From contig JBEULP010000117.1 in the NCBI GenBank assembly GCA_041287245.1, positions 96,001 through 160,000 on the forward strand: 64,000 nucleotides of DNA. The letters run 5' to 3'. The stretch is from Infirmifilum sp. (GTDB lineage: Archaea > Thermoproteota > Thermoprotei > Thermofilales > Thermofilaceae). Under the pieces are notes generated by a model, which was given only the letters and a program-made list of their open reading frames with translations, had not been told where the DNA came from and searched no databases. A program made the translations under genes and the position numbers. This document shows positions 1 through 8,553 of the stretch, one piece after another (positions within the stretch are counted from its first letter, which is position 1; every line of letters begins with the position of its first letter).

Positions 1-129
1 CCTAATCAATCCACTCTCTTTGGCTTCTTGAAGACGTTGTTTTGCGGCTTCTTCATGCTTCGGATGTACGACAACATGTCCGGCTAAACCTCCTATGTCA
101 GCCTTAATCAGTGTAACTGTTATTTTCAT
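1..129 (-). CDS. fbp: Fructose-1,6-bisphosphate aldolase/phosphatase (class V), 5' part; runs off the window
   Basis: Hand translation from ATG at 129 gives MKITVTLIKADIGGLAGHVVVHP..., matching the KAD(I/V)G-x3-GH-x3-HP N-terminus of this family; absent from the ORF track. Confidence 0.88.
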   Translation of the reverse strand, partial: MKITVTLIKADIGGLAGHVVVHPKHEEAAKQRLQEAKESGLIR

Positions 130-259
130 ATTGTCGATTATTACTCTAACGGAGACATTAATCTTTTTGCATTAAAGATTCTTCATAAATTTCCCTAAAA
201 CCAAAAAATCTGAAAAATGAGAAATTAAAATTGGTGAATACCTTACTAAGAATACATTA

Positions 260-2965
260 CTAAATAATAGTAGTTTTCGTGTTTTTTCTTTCTAATTTAT
301 CTATTAATATCTTAGAAACTTCCACGAGGGCCAAAAGGCTTATAAGCACAATGGAGGCCTTTTCAAAGTCTTCGATTGAGATCTGAGATATATCTAACGC
401 TTTCTGCATCGGGTGAAAGGTAAGTATTCCTAGCTGAATCAGGAAGGAAGCTACTATTACAAACAAGAGGATCTTGTTTTTCTGGGGTGGAAGCTTATAT
501 ACAGGTGTCCTAAGGGATCTGTAGAGATAGGCAAGCAATAATTCGGCAAGTATCATCGCCGTGAAGAGGGTTGTTCTGGCTTCAATCTCAGGGATCCCAG
601 CTGTTAGTAAACTCCTAAACAACAAGACAAGTTCTAGTGATAATACTAAGGGGATGAGGACTAGGAATGCTATGGTTTCACTTCTCGAGAAAATAGGTGA
701 GTTTGGTTTTCTCGGTTTTCTCACTAACAAACCGGGTTCACCCGGCTCAAGGCTTAGCGCTATCGCTGGCGCTCCGTCTGTCACCAGGTTTACCCATAGT
801 ATTTGTGTGGCGGTAAAGGGGATAGGTAGACCTAGAAAGGTTGCGAACAAGGGGGTCAGTAGTTCTGCGATATTAGCCGATAGCAGATATACAAGATACT
901 TCCTGATGTTTTCGAAGATTTCCCTGCCCAGCTTCACTGCTTCCACAATAGTTGCAAAATTGTCATCAGCAAGCACGACAGAAGCAGCTTCCTTGGCAAC
1001 CTCGCTACCTGTTATTCCCATAGCTACGCCAACATCAGCAGCCTTAAGCGCTGGCGCATCATTCACACCATCTCCCGTCATTGCAACGATATGTCCCTTC
1101 TTTTTCAACGATCTGACGATCCTTAATTTATGCTCAGGAGATACTCGAGCGAAAACCCTTATTTTCTCCACTTTTTCCTCGAGTTCCGTATCATTCATTT
1201 TCTCTAACTCCTGCCCTGTAACTACAATGTCATCAGGATTCATCATCCCAAGCTGTTTGGCTATGGAGACGGCTGTTAACTTGTGGTCGCCGGTTATCAT
1301 GGCTACCTTAATTCCAGCTTGCTCGCACGTTTCCAGAGCAGGTAAAACCTCCGGGCGCGGGGGGTCTATGATGGCTGTAATTCCTAGAAAAATCAGTTCC
1401 TGCTCATCCGCTTCGGTGATTTGTTCTTTTTTCTCATTAAAGAATTTCACTGCAAACGCAATATTCCTAAGGCCTTCCTGTGCAAAGGCATCATTTATCT
1501 CCAAGATCTTTCTCAAGTTCTCTTCTGTTAAAGTTATGATTTCTCCGCTTGGTAGCATGAGTTTAGAGGAGAGAGGGAGTAGCACCTCAGGTGCTCCTTT
1601 GACGAACATCACGGTACCTGTCTCCCATGTGTGAAGAGTGCTCATCCTTTTTCTCTCAGACGAGAATGGAATCTCTCCTATTCGCTCTAGCCTACTTGTA
1701 ACTCCAGCCTTTGTTGCCAGAACTTTTAAAGCCCCCTCTGTAGTATCACCTATTACTGTCCAGCGAGAGTCCTCCTTTACAAGCTGTGAGTCGTTGTTGT
1801 TAAAAGCGTTTATCAGAAGGAGCTCCAGAGCCCTATTACGTGATGTATCGACAGGCTGACCCTTGTCCAAAAGTTTCCCAATGGGTTCATAGCCGCTCCC
1901 GGTGACCTCAATCACGTCATCAAATACCCAGACTTTTACTACAGTCATTTCACCCTTTGTCATAGTCCCCGTCTTGTCGCTGCAAATATAGGTTGTGGAG
2001 CCAAGTGTCTCTACGGCTGGCAGCCTTCGAACAATGGCATTTCTCTTAGCCATTTTATATACTCCGATAGCAAGGGAGCTTGTAACGACAACTGGAAGAG
2101 CCTCCGGAACAGCAGCTACTGCTAAACTAGTAGCCCAGAGGATAAGGTCTATGAAACTAAGTTTCCAAAACATTAATCCTACGAGTGAGACCAGAGAGGC
2201 AACAATAACCATTAGAAAGAGTAAGGTTTTCCCAAGGGTGTCCAACTGTTTTTCCAGTGGAGTTTTTTCGGCCTTAACCTCCTCTAACGACTCTGCTATT
2301 CTACCGAGCTGTGTGTTCTTTCCTGTAGCAACAACAACGGCTTTCCCCTTTCCATAGACAACTGCAGTTCCGGCGTAAACCATATTGGTTCGCTCTGCCA
2401 AAGGGACATCGGGAGCGAGAACATCCAGGGTCTTCTCCACGGGGGCGGATTCGCCTGTAAGAATTGCCTCGTTTACTCGCAGATTATTGGTCTCGATTAG
2501 CCTTGCGTCGGCGGCAACCCTATCACCAGCTGTCAAAACAAGAATATCCCCAGGTACAATTTCTTCAGACTTTATCACTTTAACCCTATTTCCCCTTAAT
2601 ACGGTGGCACTGGGGGAAGACATTTTCTTTAAAGCTTCAAGGGCTTTCTCTGCTCTATATTCTTGGTAAAAACCGAGAACTGCACCCGCGAAGACCAGAA
2701 CAATTATAACTAAGGCATCAACCGTTTCACCAATAAAAAGGGAAAGAATAGTTGCGAATAGAAGAAGCGCTGTGAGAGGATTTATAAACTGGTTTAGAAA
2801 AAGCCTCAATGGGCTAATTTTTTTCTCTTCTTCAAGTCTATTTGGACCATAAGTTTCTAATCTCCTCCTAGCCTCTTCGTCGGATAAACCAGTCCTTGCT
2901 GTCTCAAGCATCTCTAAGACCTTCTCAATAGGCATAGCATGCCAATCCAATCTAGCGGAATCCAT
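260..2965 (-). CDS. Cation-transporting P-type ATPase (type II, Ca2+-like)
   Basis: TGES, PEAL, DKTGT, KGAPE, TGD and GDGVND motifs; 901 aa with multiple TM helices. Confidence 0.95.
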   Translation of the reverse strand: MDSARLDWHAMPIEKVLEMLETARTGLSDEEARRRLETYGPNRLEEEKKISPLRLFLNQFINPLTALLLFATILSLFIGETVDALVIIVLVFAGAVLGFYQEYRAEKALEALKKMSSPSATVLRGNRVKVIKSEEIVPGDILVLTAGDRVAADARLIETNNLRVNEAILTGESAPVEKTLDVLAPDVPLAERTNMVYAGTAVVYGKGKAVVVATGKNTQLGRIAESLEEVKAEKTPLEKQLDTLGKTLLFLMVIVASLVSLVGLMFWKLSFIDLILWATSLAVAAVPEALPVVVTSSLAIGVYKMAKRNAIVRRLPAVETLGSTTYICSDKTGTMTKGEMTVVKVWVFDDVIEVTGSGYEPIGKLLDKGQPVDTSRNRALELLLINAFNNNDSQLVKEDSRWTVIGDTTEGALKVLATKAGVTSRLERIGEIPFSSERKRMSTLHTWETGTVMFVKGAPEVLLPLSSKLMLPSGEIITLTEENLRKILEINDAFAQEGLRNIAFAVKFFNEKKEQITEADEQELIFLGITAIIDPPRPEVLPALETCEQAGIKVAMITGDHKLTAVSIAKQLGMMNPDDIVVTGQELEKMNDTELEEKVEKIRVFARVSPEHKLRIVRSLKKKGHIVAMTGDGVNDAPALKAADVGVAMGITGSEVAKEAASVVLADDNFATIVEAVKLGREIFENIRKYLVYLLSANIAELLTPLFATFLGLPIPFTATQILWVNLVTDGAPAIALSLEPGEPGLLVRKPRKPNSPIFSRSETIAFLVLIPLVLSLELVLLFRSLLTAGIPEIEARTTLFTAMILAELLLAYLYRSLRTPVYKLPPQKNKILLFVIVASFLIQLGILTFHPMQKALDISQISIEDFEKASIVLISLLALVEVSKILIDKLERKNTKTTII

Positions 2966-3290
2966 CTTATTTCCCCAGGTAAATTGTAAAACGGCTTAAA
3001 GGCTTAACTCCAAAACCTGCTCGTAGAAAAATTTCCAGCGTTTTTATATTGCAACGGAGGGGTTTTAGGTAATGGAAACTGAACTTGAAGCTTCGCCTGG
3101 TTGTCGAGGTTCTCGAAACTTAGATTGATAAATACAGGGGTTATATGTTATCCTCAAGTAATTTTTCCAGATAGACGTGGGACTGAAGGGGGGTTCAAAC
3201 CTATCATGTTTTTCTTTTCACTGAGGAAGTTTGTAGGGGTAGAATTTTAAAGTCCCCAAGAAAAAGGGTTATGAAACACGGAGTTGCTAC

Positions 3291-4175
3291 TTATTCTTCG
3301 AGTATTTTTAAAAGGGTCGCCCATTGTTCGTTTGGAATTAAGGTACGGAGGGCTTCACAGCCAACAGGCGGATGAAAAGCTTGAGGCACGGTGATCAAGT
3401 TAATTTTGTCTGAAAACCCTTCCATAAACGTTGATAGGACATTATTCTCAGACCGTTGAATCATATTTATCATCAAGACTCTCAAAGGAAAGTCATATTC
3501 TCGCAGCTCATAGTATATCTTTCTTGCAACGGAAAAGTCGACCGGCAGAGGACGTGAAACCAATATTGCCCGATGATCCTTACTTTTGAGGAACTGAAAT
3601 ATGGAGTCTGCCAGCTGTCTCCAAGACTCTATTAGTTCTAGCGGTTCCTTTTCCCCCCTCCTAACCCTATCTATAACCCCCTTAACTTTAAGATAAAGCT
3701 TGGCTGCTTCACCGAGATGATCATAGAATTCCTTCTCAATCCGAAGCATCCTTATCCCTCCTCCTGTTGCCATGGTATCCCATACAAGAAAATCGGCATC
3801 CATGTTGTAGAATTTGTCCCAGATATAATATAGGGTGAACTCTTCAACAATGCCCGGCGCTCTCGCTACGTACTCTATTATCTCAGGCCCCACTGGAAAG
3901 ATACTTGAAGCTACCTTGTATACCTCGTCGCCAAACCTTTGTTTCCAAAGTTCAATTATAACATCCTCTGTAAGCTGTTCTGCAATAACTTCCCCACACA
4001 CTTTTCTTGGCGACCCTGAAAGATCACAACCGAGAACGTCGGGTAACGAGGGAACGAAGTCTGTGGAGAGTAGGTAGACCCGATACCCTTCTTCTGCCAA
4101 CTTAATCGCTACAGCAGAGGAAAGTGTAGTTTTACCAACGCCTCCCTTACCCCAAAAGCTTAGAAGAACTGGCAC
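3291..4175 (-). CDS. ArsA/GET3-family ATPase (single domain)
   Basis: GKGGVGKTT deviant Walker A, LSTD, PGxxE, and DTMATG as a variant of DTAPTG. Confidence 0.85.
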   Translation of the reverse strand: MPVLLSFWGKGGVGKTTLSSAVAIKLAEEGYRVYLLSTDFVPSLPDVLGCDLSGSPRKVCGEVIAEQLTEDVIIELWKQRFGDEVYKVASSIFPVGPEIIEYVARAPGIVEEFTLYYIWDKFYNMDADFLVWDTMATGGGIRMLRIEKEFYDHLGEAAKLYLKVKGVIDRVRRGEKEPLELIESWRQLADSIFQFLKSKDHRAILVSRPLPVDFSVARKIYYELREYDFPLRVLMINMIQRSENNVLSTFMEGFSDKINLITVPQAFHPPVGCEALRTLIPNEQWATLLKILEE

Positions 4176-4237
4176 AGTGCTATTCCCCCTATCAAGCTAA
4201 TATAGTTTTCATTCCTTAGGCTTCAAGATTATCCCGC

Positions 4238-4359
4238 GTGCTTCGGTGGAGTTGTCTTTCGTTCTCACTGTTTCATAGCTAGGTGGTTCCCGCACAGCGA
4301 GAGAGGAGGTTAGGGACTTGATTTGGGAGCTATGGTGGAGATACAGCTCCTCGAGGCAC
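4238..4359 (+). ncRNA. Candidate structured non-coding RNA (long fold-back hairpin)
   Basis: 4238-4260 pairs with 4338-4359 (17 Watson-Crick + 4 G-U pairs, 1 mismatch, 1 bulge); inner helices CATAGCT/AGCTATG and GGTTCC/GGGACT; intergenic. Confidence 0.4.
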
Positions 4360-4396
4360 ATCCGCAGGAATAATAAAGATTATTTTCTTCACTGTT

Positions 4397-4418
4397 TTTC
4401 GCGCGCGAAACTTATATA
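4397..4418 (+). promoter_or_regulatory. BRE/TATA promoter of the HD gene, preceded by a perfect 14-bp palindrome
   Basis: TTTCGCGCGCGAAA (4397-4410) directly followed by CTTATATA, about 25 nt before ATG 4441. Confidence 0.5.
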
Positions 4419-4440
4419 TCTAGTCTATTTTTCCTTTACA

Positions 4441-4995
4441 ATGAATACTTGGAGCACACTAGAAGCAGCTAAGTGGCTAACACGTACCGGTTGGATGCTC
4501 AGAGGTATACCTGGGTCGTTTGCTGAGACTGTTTCTCAACACTCGTGGGAAACAGGTATTATAGCCTTTATTATAGCTGATAGGGCATCGAAAAAAGGAG
4601 TGAAGGTTAATCCTTATAGAGCTGCCACTATCGGCTTATTACATGATCTGCTAGAAGGCGTGGTAGGGGATATTCCAAAATATACTAGTAGATTAATTGG
4701 TGAGCTAAAGAAAAGTTTTGAAAAAACTGCCCTTGAAGAGTTACAGCTGGATGCCTCTTTGAAACAAGTAATTGTAGAATGGTTGCAAGGAGATACCGTA
4801 GAATCAAGAATAGCTAGAATTGCCGACGCTTTATCAACATACGTTCAAGCCATACGATATGTAAGTATAGGCTACAGGAAAGCTGAAGAGATAGCAAATA
4901 CCTCTCGACAAAAGGCATTAGAAGAAGCCGAGAACTTAACTTTTAAAGATGTAATATTGGATTTAATAAATGAAATAGAAAAACAGAACTCTTAA
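4441..4995 (+). CDS. HD-domain phosphohydrolase (YfbR/5'-deoxynucleotidase-like)
   Basis: RTGW, ETVSQHS, LHDLLE, GDIP and AD motifs; start moved to ATG 4441, downstream of the TATA box. Confidence 0.85.
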   Translation: MNTWSTLEAAKWLTRTGWMLRGIPGSFAETVSQHSWETGIIAFIIADRASKKGVKVNPYRAATIGLLHDLLEGVVGDIPKYTSRLIGELKKSFEKTALEELQLDASLKQVIVEWLQGDTVESRIARIADALSTYVQAIRYVSIGYRKAEEIANTSRQKALEEAENLTFKDVILDLINEIEKQNS

Positions 4996-5091
4996 ACAAA
5001 AACTTCATCCTTCTTTATATGTCGTCTATTTTTGACAAGTTATCAATCAGCTTTATATAACAAACTTTGTATTGATATACTAGAAACTACT

Positions 5092-5523
5092 GTGGGATCA
5101 GGAGTGGATGAGAAAGATATAATAATATTAAGACTCTTAATGGAGAATGCCCGCGTACCACTTTCCAAGATAGCTGAGAAGGTGGGTATTACAGATGTAG
5201 CAGTTAAGAAGCGTATAAAGAAGCTCGAAAATGATGGTACAATAAAGAAGTACACCGTTGTTGTAGAACCCAAAAAGATAGGCTTTAACGGCGTAGCCCT
5301 CGTAGGCGTTGATACAGAACCTGACAAGGTCCTTTCCATAGCTAGTGACCTAGCAAAGAAAGAATACACAGTGTCTGTCTTCGTTACAACGGGAGACCAC
5401 ATGATCATGACTGAAGTGTGGGCCAAAACAGGTGAGGAGCTCATGAAGATAATTGAAGACATTGGAAAAACGCAAGGAGTCAAGAAGGTATGTCCAGCAA
5501 TAGTTCTAGATAGAGTGAAATAA
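5092..5523 (+). CDS. Lrp/AsnC-family transcriptional regulator (LrpA-like)
   Basis: N-terminal HTH (DEKD..IL..L..NAR...AVKKRIKKLE) and C-terminal RAM domain (TGDHMI, KVCPAI); start is GTG 5092 or 5104. Confidence 0.92.
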   Translation: MGSGVDEKDIIILRLLMENARVPLSKIAEKVGITDVAVKKRIKKLENDGTIKKYTVVVEPKKIGFNGVALVGVDTEPDKVLSIASDLAKKEYTVSVFVTTGDHMIMTEVWAKTGEELMKIIEDIGKTQGVKKVCPAIVLDRVK

Positions 5524-5538
5524 CCCTTTCCAAAAATA

Positions 5539-6171
5539 TTACTCCAACAAAATTTTTCGAAGGATAAGCACGATCCTTGCCTGCACTTTTAAGCGTTCAA
5601 AAGATCCACTTTCTAAAAGGATCCCCCTATCCCGGAGCTCTCCCAACATTCTGGAGAATTCCTCGAAGCTTATCCCTAGTTTCCTACACGTATCATCAAC
5701 ATCACTGCTTGAAGCTAAAACCCGGAGGAGCTCTAACTCTTTTTCTTTAAGTTCCTCGAAATTGCCCCCTAAAAGCTTTGCAAGACTATTAAACATCGCC
5801 TCTTCTAAGGTCTGCATCAACTCATCCATGGATACGAAGTGGAAATAATCCGGTAGAAGTATAACCTCTACACCCAACTCCCGGGCATATACCTCGGCAC
5901 TTTTATCTGAGAACCCCCTAGCTACTAGAAGCGGTTTTGCACCGATAAGTTGAGCATTAGAAAAAGCCTGTCTAATATCAGTTGTAGAGATCCTTCCGCT
6001 TTTTACCTCAACCGCGTAGAGCACATCATTCTTTCTCGCCAAGGCATCGATCTCCGCCACCTCGACACCTCCTCGCTCGACACGCTGCCTATAGCTTACG
6101 ATTTGATAACCGAGGCTTTCGAGAAGGTAAAAAGCTAGCATTTCCGTCCAAATACCCCTAGTAGAACTCAT
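5539..6171 (-). CDS. PD-(D/E)XK restriction-endonuclease-like protein with C-terminal HTH
   Basis: E..A...L...GY, EIDALA and AVEVK motifs; helical HTH-like C-terminus. Confidence 0.75.
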   Translation of the reverse strand: MSSTRGIWTEMLAFYLLESLGYQIVSYRQRVERGGVEVAEIDALARKNDVLYAVEVKSGRISTTDIRQAFSNAQLIGAKPLLVARGFSDKSAEVYARELGVEVILLPDYFHFVSMDELMQTLEEAMFNSLAKLLGGNFEELKEKELELLRVLASSSDVDDTCRKLGISFEEFSRMLGELRDRGILLESGSFERLKVQARIVLILRKILLE

Positions 6172-6236
6172 AACACGTCTGCGAGAGCTTGTTGCACCAC
6201 TAGAAAGTTAAGGCTTTCGTCGAACATAGGCTTTTT

Positions 6237-7292
6237 TCAATACAACCACATACTTCTAAACATTTCTCTAGCGCGGATCAGCGGGATAGATTTTGTGTAG
6301 TCTATGTTTCTAATTTCACGTAACCGCATTCTAGCTATACTCGGCGGGTACCGCCACAAGGCAAGTTCCCAAAATAGGTCCCAGCTAGTTATGCCTGAAA
6401 AGTATTTTTCATAACTCCTCCGACCCGCAAACTCTATTAACCCGATATCTTCAACCTCCTGGTTGCTTGACGCTGCTAGCTCATAGAGCCCGCGGTAGGG
6501 GCAGAAGCGACATGATATCCGGGGAATACCCTGTAGATAGTGCGGGTGAATGAGCCCCTCTCTCTTAACTATATTTGCCGTTTCAAAGGCTGAAAAGTCA
6601 TAGACAAGGTTTAATGTTTTCCCCTTAATAAAGCTACTATTGCTTGCCCAGTCCCTAAGCTTATTCATCCTTTTACCCGACTCCAGCATCCTGTCACCCT
6701 TTGCTTCGAAGTCTGCACCTAACCTTTTACACTCGAGACGTAGGGCCTTCGACTTAAGATAGGTACACCATCTCACCCCCCTCTTCGGAAGGCCTTCTCG
6801 TAACAGATAGAACTCAACCATCTTTCTGTCGGCTTCTATAACCTCTAGCTCTACTCCAAGTCTCGTAGCGACGCGTTCAACAAAGGATATGTTTTCCAGG
6901 GGTTCAAGGTATGGGACGTGAACGTAGACGGCAACTAGTTTAAAGTTGATCTTTTCCTGAAGTTGCGTCAGGAGTATTAGCTGGGCAGTGCTATCTTTGC
7001 CGCCGCTTAGATCAGCCATTACAAGCTTGCCGTCTAAGATGTTTCTGAGAGACTTTTCGGCTTCTAAAAGTCTTTTTTCAATGGACTCTTCTCGAAACTC
7101 GAAGCTAGGGTTTAAATAATCCTCATAAACCATGGTGAAGAAACTTCCCTTATTCACAACTTTAAAGCCGCTTTCACCGCTCCATAGATAGTGTTCACTA
7201 GAACTACCGTTAAAAACCTCGAAGTAATCACCAAAAGTCCTGACATAGCTTTGAGCCCTACCATCTCGGAAAACTGGATAAAACTCCATCAT
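6237..7292 (-). CDS. PAPS reductase-family (PP-loop) protein
   Basis: SGGKDS, RWCTYLK and RISCRFCP motifs. Confidence 0.8.
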   Translation of the reverse strand: MMEFYPVFRDGRAQSYVRTFGDYFEVFNGSSSEHYLWSGESGFKVVNKGSFFTMVYEDYLNPSFEFREESIEKRLLEAEKSLRNILDGKLVMADLSGGKDSTAQLILLTQLQEKINFKLVAVYVHVPYLEPLENISFVERVATRLGVELEVIEADRKMVEFYLLREGLPKRGVRWCTYLKSKALRLECKRLGADFEAKGDRMLESGKRMNKLRDWASNSSFIKGKTLNLVYDFSAFETANIVKREGLIHPHYLQGIPRISCRFCPYRGLYELAASSNQEVEDIGLIEFAGRRSYEKYFSGITSWDLFWELALWRYPPSIARMRLREIRNIDYTKSIPLIRAREMFRSMWLY

Positions 7293-7310
7293 CCAGAAAA
7301 AACCTATTTT

Positions 7311-7955
7311 TTAGATTATTTCTACTTGAATTTTTCCCTCAAGCTTCTTCTTAAAATGCTCCGCATCAGTGCTCGAGCCTACGATAACACCGTAATGCAT
7401 GGGAATCGCTATCTGAGGCTGGATATCCAGTGCTGCTTCTACGGCCTCGTCAGCGGTCATAACGTAGGTGCCACTGACGGGTAGAAGCGCGATATCCACC
7501 TTTCCTTTAAGCTCCTTCATCTCAGGAATCCGGTCAGTATCTCCTGCATGATATATTCTGATACCTCCAATGTTTACGATTACACCAATGCCTTTGTACT
7601 CCCGGGGGTGGAACCTCTTACCGATATTATACGCTGGGACAGCCTCTATTGATACACCTTTTACCTCAACCTTTTGTCCAGGCTCTACCAGATAGGAGTT
7701 AAAACCGATTTTCTCTACCTTTGCTCTGCAATTTACGCTTGCTACAATTACTGCACTCTGCTTTGCTACTTTCAAAATATCTTCAGGGCTACAATGGTCA
7801 TAGTGGTCATGCGTGCAGATAATTATGTCTCCATCCCTTAAAACACGCTCCACCTGGAAGGGGTCGATGTAAATTGTTACGCCTCCATTTGAAATCTTAA
7901 AGGTTGCATGCTTGAGGTGCTCTACTGTGATTCCTCGAAACTTTAACGAAGCCAT
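7311..7955 (-). CDS. Metallo-beta-lactamase-fold hydrolase
   Basis: THDHYDH, HAGDT and IPMHYG motifs. Confidence 0.9.
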   Translation of the reverse strand: MASLKFRGITVEHLKHATFKISNGGVTIYIDPFQVERVLRDGDIIICTHDHYDHCSPEDILKVAKQSAVIVASVNCRAKVEKIGFNSYLVEPGQKVEVKGVSIEAVPAYNIGKRFHPREYKGIGVIVNIGGIRIYHAGDTDRIPEMKELKGKVDIALLPVSGTYVMTADEAVEAALDIQPQIAIPMHYGVIVGSSTDAEHFKKKLEGKIQVEII

Positions 7956-8013
7956 ACAGTCTTATATTCTCAAAAATGATATTTTAAGGTTTTTAAAGAG
8001 ACAAGACAGGGGT

Positions 8014-8370
8014 TCACTCCACCTTGAAAAGAGGCTGCCCCTGCTTGACTATCTCGCCTTCGCCAGCATATGCTTCTACAACAACTCCCTCACTGGTAGA
8101 TTTTACCTCTACAAGGGTCTTCATAGCTTCGATAACAGCTAGTATGTCTCCTGGCTTTACCTTATCTCCCTTGTGTACAGCTATTTTGACTATTTTTCCA
8201 GTAATCGGAGAAGTTACGACGCCTTTGCCTAAAGGAGGCGCTTCAACCTTCTTAACAACTCCCGTCTGGAGAACAGATAATACTGTTTCAAGAGAGCCTT
8301 TTCCCTCCTCAACCTCTACTTCAACCTCGAAAGCCTCTCCATCGAGAATAACCAGGAACTTCTTCTTCAT
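8014..8370 (-). CDS. Biotin carboxyl carrier protein
   Basis: EAMKT biotinylation motif in a biotinyl/lipoyl domain; RBS GGTGA upstream. Confidence 0.92.
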   Translation of the reverse strand: MKKKFLVILDGEAFEVEVEVEEGKGSLETVLSVLQTGVVKKVEAPPLGKGVVTSPITGKIVKIAVHKGDKVKPGDILAVIEAMKTLVEVKSTSEGVVVEAYAGEGEIVKQGQPLFKVE

Positions 8371-8376
8371 TAACTA

Positions 8377-8550
8377 TCACCCATAACATGACACGTCTAT
8401 TTCTACGACGTCTAGAACCCTGGCTAGCCTCCAGGCACTAACGTGGGGGCTTGTATAAATATCAACCTTAAATGCTCTTTTTTTACCCTCCCGTGCACGT
8501 AGAAAGGCAAGAACGGCCGCCAGGACAACGGCACGTTTTGTGGTCTCCAC
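8377..8550 (-). CDS. Small acyl-CoA carboxylase epsilon-like subunit (57 aa)
   Basis: GTG-start ORF METTKRAVVLAAVLAFLRAREGKKRAFKVDIYTSPHVSAWRLARVLDVVEIDVSCYG fills the gap between carboxyltransferase and BCCP; Ala-rich helix plus SAWR motif; below the ORF-track size cut-off. Confidence 0.7.
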   Translation of the reverse strand: METTKRAVVLAAVLAFLRAREGKKRAFKVDIYTSPHVSAWRLARVLDVVEIDVSCYG

Positions 8551-8553
8551 TAT

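Noticed and set aside
561..1634. 357-aa + strand ORF, and many smaller antisense ORFs across the window
   Set aside because: Each lies opposite a well-supported gene, has no recognisable motif and shows the Ser/Thr/Pro-rich composition typical of shadow frames
3175..3205. GGTTCAAAC resembling a tRNA T-loop in the 325-nt spacer
   Set aside because: No T-stem, acceptor stem or D-arm can be formed
4318..4440. N-terminal extension of the HD protein in the ORF track
   Set aside because: A TATA box at about 4412 and the domain boundary favour ATG 4441
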